This document shows, in pieces, positions 8,028 to 15,169 of a DNA stretch of 40,232 bases; the stretch's first letter is position 1, and every line of letters starts with the position of its first letter. The position numbers were made by a program, and so were the translations under genes. This DNA is from an uncultured Thermoprotei archaeon (lineage in GTDB: Archaea > Thermoproteota > Thermoprotei > Thermofilales > B15-G2), in contig CBDUKN010000022.1 in NCBI GenBank assembly GCA_965367815.1, positions 1-40,232 of the forward strand. The letters run 5' to 3'. The notes beneath the pieces were generated by a model. The model was not told where the DNA came from. It was given only the letters and a program-made list of their open reading frames with translations, and searched no databases.

Positions 8028-9140
8028 TTATGATAGTGAGTGGAGTTCGTAGAGTATTTCTTTTTCCTTGATTATTTTGCTTGCTGGTATTTTAACGGCT
8101 ATTGTGGCGTCGTATGCTTTTTCTCCACTGGTTGTTTCTGTTTTTACTATGATTTTAAGTACTTGGTCCTTTATGTTTTCTATAGATATTTTGAGAGTCC
8201 ATTCGCTCCATAGGTCGCTCCATGTTTTCTTCATTTTGATCCATTCGCTGTCGTTTATTTTTAATAGTACTTCTTTTATTGACGAGTTTTCTGAGTATGC
8301 TTTAGCTGCTACTTCTACTGTATTCGATACTTCTATTACTTTGACTTGGGGTCTTGGCCCTAATGTGTGTTTTCTGTTGATGTGGGTGATGTATACTTGT
8401 GTTGTGCAGTATAGGTCTCGCCAGAAGCTTTTGATTGTTCGGTTTTCTAGTTTTATTATCCGGTAGCCTGGTCTTACTGGGTATCCATGGAAGGGCGGGA
8501 TTCCTGTCCACTGCCATCCGCAGAGAGGACCTGTGTTTACTACTTTTACTCCCTGTGTTGTCCACTCGCCGTTTCTGTGCCAGTGTCCTGTGATTAATGC
8601 TATTACGTTGTGTTTTCTCAGTATTGAGAGGAATTTATGTGGGTTTGTGTCTCGCCACTGGTCTAAGAAGACTCCATTTACTTCCTTTGGAGGCGGGTGT
8701 ACTGCTACTAGAGTCTTCTCAGATCCCTCTAGTTCTTTTACTAGCCATTTTTCTGTTTCAGGAGATAGCTCGGCTACCCATCTTCCTTCGCTAGTCTTTT
8801 TATTAACATCTAGGCATACTATTTTGTAGCCTTTTGTTTCGAAGGCAAAGTTTCTTTCTCCGAGTAGCTTCTCCCAGGGCTCGGGACCATTCCATACGTC
8901 GTGTGAGCCTGGGAGAGTGTATACTGGTACAGGGAATTTTTCTGCTAGCTCTAAGTACTTCTTGAGTTCTTTTTCAGTGCCTTGTAGTGCTACGTCTCCT
9001 GTACACAGTACAAAATCTACTGGCAGGTTTTCTATGTCTTGGGCGCACGCGAGGACATTTTGCTCGATGTCTTCTGGGAAAACGCGCGCTATGTTAGATA
9101 GTACGTGGATGTCTGTAATTTGGGCGAAATAGAGTGCCAC
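8028..9140 (-). CDS. Calcineurin-like metallophosphoesterase with C-terminal Ig-like beta domain
   Basis: TDIH, TGD, PGSHD, GHWH motifs. Confidence 0.85.
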   Translation of the reverse strand: MALYFAQITDIHVLSNIARVFPEDIEQNVLACAQDIENLPVDFVLCTGDVALQGTEKELKKYLELAEKFPVPVYTLPGSHDVWNGPEPWEKLLGERNFAFETKGYKIVCLDVNKKTSEGRWVAELSPETEKWLVKELEGSEKTLVAVHPPPKEVNGVFLDQWRDTNPHKFLSILRKHNVIALITGHWHRNGEWTTQGVKVVNTGPLCGWQWTGIPPFHGYPVRPGYRIIKLENRTIKSFWRDLYCTTQVYITHINRKHTLGPRPQVKVIEVSNTVEVAAKAYSENSSIKEVLLKINDSEWIKMKKTWSDLWSEWTLKISIENIKDQVLKIIVKTETTSGEKAYDATIAVKIPASKIIKEKEILYELHSLS

Positions 9141-9203
9141 AAATATTTTATTTTGGAGAAATACTAGATATTAAACCTCTGATTCGATTAAGACTGAGGT
9201 CTT

Positions 9204-9225
9204 TGTCACTGATATGTCAGTGATA
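9204..9225. promoter_or_regulatory. 22-bp palindromic operator, site 1
   Basis: TGTCACTGATATGTCAGTGATA, 20/22 match to perfect palindrome TATCACTGATATATCAGTGATA; TTATATA box at 9245-9251. Confidence 0.75.
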
Positions 9226-9272
9226 TTTGATTTATTAGTAACCGTTATATACTGGATGTATTTTTACTGATT

Positions 9273-9866
9273 GTGCACTGGAAGTATGCTCTCTACTGTG
9301 GTCGCTTTCAGCCACCTCATCAAGGACACTTGAATAGCGTTAAATACGGACTGAAGCTCGCTGAGAAAGTATTAATTGGTATTAGGGACACGCCTATTAC
9401 GCTGAAAAATCCTCTGACTGTTGATGAGAGAATTGAGGCTTGGAGAAGACTTCTCGTATCAGAAGGCTTGTGGGACAGAGTTGTTGTTAAGAAAATTCCC
9501 GATTTCGGCAAAGAAACTCCGCTACCTAAGGAGGATAAAGTTGTTTTAAAGGGTCATCCTCTGCTAGACTGGGCTCGCGAAGTCGAGTGTATTTTCGGCA
9601 TATCGCCCGAAGAAGCTGTCTTTATAGGGAATAAGCCTTCTATGGTTCTTGCATTTAATCTTTTAGGCTATATTGTAGTACCTGGGCATAGGAATGTTCA
9701 TCGTTTAATAGAGGTTTCTGCTTCAGAACTTAGGAAAATGATTTTGAGTAAGAATGAGAAATGGGCTAGTTTGCTACCTAAGCCTGTAGCAGACTACTTG
9801 AAGGAAATAGACATTTATAGTAGGCTGAAGTCGCTAGAAGGTACTGACGAGATTTCTACGGGCTAG
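9273..9866 (+). CDS. HIGH-family nucleotidyltransferase (NMN adenylyltransferase-like/cytidylyltransferase-like)
   Basis: GRFQPPHQGH, NPLTVDER, SASELR...W..LLPKPVADYL. Confidence 0.85.
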   Translation: MHWKYALYCGRFQPPHQGHLNSVKYGLKLAEKVLIGIRDTPITLKNPLTVDERIEAWRRLLVSEGLWDRVVVKKIPDFGKETPLPKEDKVVLKGHPLLDWAREVECIFGISPEEAVFIGNKPSMVLAFNLLGYIVVPGHRNVHRLIEVSASELRKMILSKNEKWASLLPKPVADYLKEIDIYSRLKSLEGTDEISTG

Positions 9867-9899
9867 CCTTCAGATTTTTATTTTCTGTGAGTGTATTAA

Positions 9900-10118
9900 G
9901 TGATAGATATGTGTGCTAAGTCGTCGCGTAAAAGGAAAGTAGAGTATGTGAATATTCCTATTCCTAGGCCTCTTTACGAGAGGCTTGCGAAGGCTTTAGA
10001 GGGCTCTGGGTACAGGAGTCCCACAGAGTACATTATTTTCCTTATAAGGAAGAATTTGCCCGACCTGGAGTCAGAGGATGTTAAGAGGAGGCTTAGGGCG
10101 CTAGGTTATATTCCATGA
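9900..10118 (+). CDS. CopG/RHH protein with C-terminal RLRALGY motif
   Basis: VNIPIPRPLYERL...GYRSPTEYIIFLIR; ends VKRRLRALGYIP. Confidence 0.85.
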   Translation: MIDMCAKSSRKRKVEYVNIPIPRPLYERLAKALEGSGYRSPTEYIIFLIRKNLPDLESEDVKRRLRALGYIP

Positions 10119-10120
10119 AA

Positions 10121-10142
10121 TATCACTGATATATACGTGATA
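10121..10142. promoter_or_regulatory. 22-bp palindromic operator, site 2
   Basis: TATCACTGATATATACGTGATA, 20/22 match to the same consensus; BRE-TATA GAAAGCTTATATA at 10161-10173. Confidence 0.75.
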
Positions 10143-10195
10143 ATTAACTGTGTTCTCTAGGAAAGCTTATATAGTTAAGATTCTTAGGGAAATCA

Positions 10196-10411
10196 ATGTC
10201 TGAGGAGAAAGTAGCTATCTATATTCCTAAGAGCCTCTACGAGAAAGTTAAGAAGCAAGTAGAGGAGTCTGGGGGAGAGTTCAAGAGTGTTGAAGAGTAC
10301 ATAGTATTTGTTCTAGAGGAGCTAGTGAAGGAGGAAGAGGAGGAAGCAGTCTATTCTCCTGAGGAAGAAGAGGAAATTAAGAAGAGGCTCAGGGCTCTCG
10401 GCTACCTTTAG
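10196..10411 (+). CDS. CopG/RHH protein with acidic linker and C-terminal RLRALGYL motif
   Basis: VAIYIPKSLYEKV...FKSVEEYIVFVLEE; ends YSPEEEEEIKKRLRALGYL. Confidence 0.9.
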   Translation: MSEEKVAIYIPKSLYEKVKKQVEESGGEFKSVEEYIVFVLEELVKEEEEEAVYSPEEEEEIKKRLRALGYL

Positions 10412-10420
10412 GTGTCTTAA

Positions 10421-11782
10421 ATGAAGGTTTTTGTTTTAGGTATAGATAGCGCTGAACCTGAGCTAGTTTTCGGCAAGTGGTTTAACGAGCTTCCTACTAT
10501 CAAGCAGCTAGCTGAAGATGGTGCATGGGGTAAAATAGCTAGCACAGTGCCTCCGATAACTTGTCCGGCATGGGTTTCAGGTTTATCAGGCTTTAATCCC
10601 GGCTATTTTGGTCTCTACGATTTGAGATACAGGAAGAAAGGTAGCTATACTGACTTCGGTATAGTGAATTCGCGCATGGTTACTAAGCCTAGAGTATGGG
10701 ATATTTTAAGTGAGCGCAGAAAGAAGTGCGGCGTAGTATTTGTTCCTGTAACTTATCCGCCTAGCAAAGTTAACGGCTTTATGGTCTCAAGCTTTCTTAC
10801 TCCTACAACTAAAAGCCCTTTTACTTACCCTAAGAGCCTTAAGGAAGAGATCTTTAAGGTTATTGGAGGCGAAGACAAGTACATTATAGATGTGTACGAC
10901 TATAGAAGAAAAGACCCAAAGCAGCTTCTAGAAGAGCTTAAAGCTAAAACAGAGCACGACTTCAAGATAATAAGGTATCTGCTGAAGAAGCCGTGGGACT
11001 TCTTTATGGCTGTAATAATGTCTATTGACAGAGCTCAGCATACTCTATGGAAGTTCTTTGACGAAGAACATCCGCGGTTTATTGAAGACCTTGAGCTCAA
11101 AGACGGTCTCCTCGAGCTACATAAGCAAATAGACGAGGAGTTAGCTAAGACGCTTGAACTTCTACCTAAAGACACAGCTATAGTAATTGTATCTGACCAC
11201 GGCGCTAAGAGAATGTATTACAGAATAAATGTTAACGAAGTCTTAGTCAATGAAGGTTTCCTCAAGCTTAAAGAAAGGCCGAAGAAAGTAATTAGTTTGA
11301 GAGAAGCCGATGAAAAGGGGCTTATTGACTGGGAGAAAACACAGGCTTTTGCTCTAGGAGCCTATATTGCACAAGTCTTCATTAATGTTGAGGGAAGAGA
11401 GCCTAAAGGTGTAGTTAAGCCTGGAGAAGAATACGAGAGAGTGCGAGAAGAAGTAGCCGATGTACTGAAGAAAGTTAAGGGGCCTAATGGACAGCCGCTA
11501 AACAATATCGTGTACATGAAGGAAGATGTCTATGAGGGAGATAAACTTGATGTAATGCCTGATATCACTGTTTACTTTGATAACCTGCACTATGGCGCTA
11601 ATGAAGCTCTAGGACACGGCTCAATTTATAGCCTCGAGACAGCCAAAGGGCCCGACGATAGTAATCACGGAGAATACGGAATGCTTGTAGTGTGTGATCC
11701 TGAGGGAAGATATAGAGGTAGACTAGAAGGTCTAAAAATGGAGGATCTTGCAGGCATAATACTGAAGCTTGCCAGTAGCTAG
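10421..11782 (+). CDS. AlkP-superfamily phosphodiesterase/nucleotide pyrophosphatase-like enzyme (COG3379-like)
   Basis: VLGIDSA, PPITCPAW (Thr nucleophile), DRAQH, SDHG, NH metal ligands. Confidence 0.9.
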   Translation: MKVFVLGIDSAEPELVFGKWFNELPTIKQLAEDGAWGKIASTVPPITCPAWVSGLSGFNPGYFGLYDLRYRKKGSYTDFGIVNSRMVTKPRVWDILSERRKKCGVVFVPVTYPPSKVNGFMVSSFLTPTTKSPFTYPKSLKEEIFKVIGGEDKYIIDVYDYRRKDPKQLLEELKAKTEHDFKIIRYLLKKPWDFFMAVIMSIDRAQHTLWKFFDEEHPRFIEDLELKDGLLELHKQIDEELAKTLELLPKDTAIVIVSDHGAKRMYYRINVNEVLVNEGFLKLKERPKKVISLREADEKGLIDWEKTQAFALGAYIAQVFINVEGREPKGVVKPGEEYERVREEVADVLKKVKGPNGQPLNNIVYMKEDVYEGDKLDVMPDITVYFDNLHYGANEALGHGSIYSLETAKGPDDSNHGEYGMLVVCDPEGRYRGRLEGLKMEDLAGIILKLASS

Positions 11783-11868
11783 CTTCTTACTTTTTCTCTA
11801 ATCCGCTTTTACTGTACGTTTAGTACATATTTTTAAATAGCGAATACGTGTTTAAGTAAAGGGTCTAC

Positions 11869-14800
11869 ATGAGTGCTTCAGTGCTTGCAGCGCTGTCAGG
11901 TCTAACAGCAGTTACTGTAGTACTTCCCCGTAGAGCAAGATCTATTAAAATCGTTTTGAGCAAAAGAGGAGTACTTTCTCTAGGGCTTTCTTGTCTGGGA
12001 GTATTTTTTATTGCGGCGCTATTTGCTGAATACCTTAAGCTAATGTACTTAGTTTTCGCAGTAGGTTTTTCAGTAGTCCTCCTTATGGGAGTATGTAGAA
12101 GTAGTGTATCAGGTAGTATTGCCTTGAGTTTTAGTATAGGCTACTTGCTTTGCTGTATTTTCTACTTGGTGTTTATTCATACTGGTTTTTCTTTGAGATT
12201 ATCTACATTAACGTTAAGTATGGTCTTTGCTATTGTAGTAGTTTTATTTATTGTCAGAATATTTAGTAGGAAAGAGTTCGCTACAAAAATTAATGTCGAG
12301 GATTTTCTCCTAGTAGCTTTTTTAGCCATAGCAGTATATATTATCTTTACGCTGTATCCTCGTGTAGTTTTAGTAAAGTATTTTCCCGCACGCAAGTACT
12401 GGGGTCTTACGGCAAGCTTTATTCGCTCTGGCTCAGTGCCTCTCGGCTTCACTTTATACTACTTATTTAGAGAGCTTGCGTTTTTCTCTTCTAGTGACTT
12501 ATTGACTATGGAGACTAGTTTAGTTATTATTTCTTTGTCAAGTATATTTGCTATATACTTTTTGTCGAAGAAGATTATGGGCAGCAAGGCGGCTTTTTCC
12601 GTTTTTCTTTTTGCTTTATCGTCTGGGCTAGGCTGGATTTATGTTTTGAAGGAGTATGGTTTATCTGAGCTAACTAAAGGAACTATTTTGTCTTCATTTG
12701 AAGTAACTTTAATGGATATTGGTCAGGGAGTAAGTACTTTTACTTGGATTTGCTTTACTCCTATTTCAGTTGGATTACTTTTAGCTTGTTGTGCACTAGC
12801 ATTGATTATTTTTAGTGAAAATACTAAGGAAAATGTTGTTGGCGCGCTGTGTTATTTAGGTCTGTTTTTCACGTGTATTGATGTAGCCTTAGCTCTTTCG
12901 CTTTTCTTTGGGCTATTTGCTTTAACAGGTTTTTATCGCAGAAAAGCTATGCTAAGTACTGTCATCGTTGAGCTTCTTGTTTTAACTACTTTTATTTTAT
13001 ACGAGGTATCTGCGGCAGTAGTAGTAGGTATTATTGTAGCTAGTTTGCTGCTTAAAAGTCTACGGCTTGTAGTTCGAGATAGTAAAGGGAGACGTGTAGA
13101 GTGCTTTTTCTCACTTTTTCTTGCAGCTACTCTTTGCGCTTCTTTAGTGAGTTTTTATGAGTGGATTTATAGAGGAGGAACATGGCCTACTGAAAGCTAT
13201 TTAGCGGGAGAAGTAGTGCCTGTAAGCTACTACTTAGTTGTAATGGGGATTCTGTTTTTCTTAGGTGTTTTAACATTTTCTTTAAAGGAGTTTGGTTTTA
13301 TTCAGTTAGAGGATTCTGTTTACTCTGTTTTAGTCTGCTTAGCCTTCTCATCTATCGTTGTAGGTAAAGTTTTTGCTGGAGTAAATTCTTTCATGGACTG
13401 TACTTTTCTTTCAGAGAGAAGAGTCTTGGAGCTAGCTTTTCTCGCTTTTGCCCTGTCTTCTACTTATCTACTGTATAGTGCTAAGAGGACTCTTAGAGTG
13501 CTATTTAGGAGAAAAGGAGAAGTGGCTGCGGCTATACTAGTTTTCTCTATTACTATGGCTAGTCTTTATTCTACAGTTTTTACTGTAAGGTTCTGGAGAA
13601 CATTAAGTAAGCTAGACGACTGTGTTCTGAAAGTAGAGGATATCGGCGGGCTACATAACTTGACAGCTCTACTGGACGACTTGAAGACAAGTAGAGTACT
13701 AGTCTTTTCTCAGAATAGCTGCTATCTAGTAGAGTCTATTGCAGAGCCCTACGACTATACTTTAGTTCCTTGGAGCTTTGCGCGCTGCGTGTATTTTCCT
13801 GAGTTCAGCTATACTATGTCTTGCTGGAAAGGAAAATACTTAGTCCTGAGTAAAAGCGACTACAATTTTATTTGCAGAAAATACAAGTGGAGCTATCTTT
13901 ACCAGTGTGTTTCTAGTGAAGATAATCTTGTTTTTGAAGATTCGGCTTGGAGAGTATACTTGCTTAAAGCGTACACTTTGCCTTCGCTTTCTTCGAGAAC
14001 AGCTGTAGTTTTTTGGCCTTCAGTAGGTCTCCGGAGAGTATCTTTTGTACTGGAAGTTTTTTCTAAAGAGGAAATCAACTATACGCTAGTACTGCCAGAT
14101 GATTTCCTTACAATCGATAGCGCTGACACTGTTATTTTACTAAATGATCCCGCTGACCTATCTTTTTCAATAAGTGGTAAGAGCTTAGTAATTGTAATTA
14201 ATTTAAAGGGATATGGTTTCTTCGCCAATAACTACGGTTGTCTTTTAGCTGAGAAAAACAGAGTCTACTCGATATACTTTACTAAAGGCCTAGAAATACC
14301 TGTTAACAAGAGTGTTTATGTCAAGAGACTTTATTTCTTCAATTCAACTCCAATAGCATACTACATTCGTAAAGAAGAGAGCATAGCCGGAATTTTTGCA
14401 TGCATGTTTCAGCTCAATGGAACACGTGTACTGTATATTAATGCCTATCCTCTTATTAGAGCAGGAGCATACGATGAGCTGAAATACTGTTTGACAGAAA
14501 TACTCGACAGTATAGTTAAGTTAAACAGAGTTAAGAGAGATTATTGTTTGAAGAGAGTATTTCTTTCGAGCGAAATTTTGCTAAAAGGCGATGTCTGTAT
14601 TAAATGTAAGTCTGTTATTTTCAAGAATGTTCCTTTGACTGTATATTATGCTGATGAAGTTAAAATCGTTTCTGAGCAAGCTTATGTAAAAGGAGAACTG
14701 TGGATGTATACTCGGATTGTGGCTAAAGCTCCGGTTATCATTATTAAAAATGGTGTTTTCGAATACTCTGACAGAATATGGTGCGAAAAGAGCGCGGCTA

Positions 14801-15168
14801 TAGTTTTAAACCAGTCAGTAGTCTTCTATGCTAGAAGACCTATTATTGAGTGTAAAGGGTACTGTATGCTACGTGACTACATGTACTTTGGGCCAGAGAG
14901 CCTTGAATACGGTTTACCCTATAGACACAGTGGAGTAGCCAGTGTAAACGGGTATGTGAGAATGAGAGTTTTGTTGTCTACTTGGTCTCTGCAGATAATT
15001 GATGTTTTCGAGTATTCTGGAGTTTTAATGCTCGATAGTAGAGCTAGAGTTCTTTTCGGCGACTGGAATAGCTTTATTAATGTCTTTATTTTTCTACTGC
15101 TTTTAGTAGTTATTTATTTATCAATGAATGTTATTAAAGAAAGATATTCTGTTAAAAAGGGTGAGTAA
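11869..15168 (+). CDS. Large polytopic membrane protein with extracytoplasmic C-terminal domain (GT-C-like glycosyltransferase candidate)
   Basis: 1099 aa; numerous hydrophobic segments in the N-terminal ~570 aa, soluble domain, C-terminal TM. Confidence 0.65.
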   Translation: MSASVLAALSGLTAVTVVLPRRARSIKIVLSKRGVLSLGLSCLGVFFIAALFAEYLKLMYLVFAVGFSVVLLMGVCRSSVSGSIALSFSIGYLLCCIFYLVFIHTGFSLRLSTLTLSMVFAIVVVLFIVRIFSRKEFATKINVEDFLLVAFLAIAVYIIFTLYPRVVLVKYFPARKYWGLTASFIRSGSVPLGFTLYYLFRELAFFSSSDLLTMETSLVIISLSSIFAIYFLSKKIMGSKAAFSVFLFALSSGLGWIYVLKEYGLSELTKGTILSSFEVTLMDIGQGVSTFTWICFTPISVGLLLACCALALIIFSENTKENVVGALCYLGLFFTCIDVALALSLFFGLFALTGFYRRKAMLSTVIVELLVLTTFILYEVSAAVVVGIIVASLLLKSLRLVVRDSKGRRVECFFSLFLAATLCASLVSFYEWIYRGGTWPTESYLAGEVVPVSYYLVVMGILFFLGVLTFSLKEFGFIQLEDSVYSVLVCLAFSSIVVGKVFAGVNSFMDCTFLSERRVLELAFLAFALSSTYLLYSAKRTLRVLFRRKGEVAAAILVFSITMASLYSTVFTVRFWRTLSKLDDCVLKVEDIGGLHNLTALLDDLKTSRVLVFSQNSCYLVESIAEPYDYTLVPWSFARCVYFPEFSYTMSCWKGKYLVLSKSDYNFICRKYKWSYLYQCVSSEDNLVFEDSAWRVYLLKAYTLPSLSSRTAVVFWPSVGLRRVSFVLEVFSKEEINYTLVLPDDFLTIDSADTVILLNDPADLSFSISGKSLVIVINLKGYGFFANNYGCLLAEKNRVYSIYFTKGLEIPVNKSVYVKRLYFFNSTPIAYYIRKEESIAGIFACMFQLNGTRVLYINAYPLIRAGAYDELKYCLTEILDSIVKLNRVKRDYCLKRVFLSSEILLKGDVCIKCKSVIFKNVPLTVYYADEVKIVSEQAYVKGELWMYTRIVAKAPVIIIKNGVFEYSDRIWCEKSAAIVLNQSVVFYARRPIIECKGYCMLRDYMYFGPESLEYGLPYRHSGVASVNGYVRMRVLLSTWSLQIIDVFEYSGVLMLDSRARVLFGDWNSFINVFIFLLLLVVIYLSMNVIKERYSVKKGE

Positions 15169-15169
15169 T

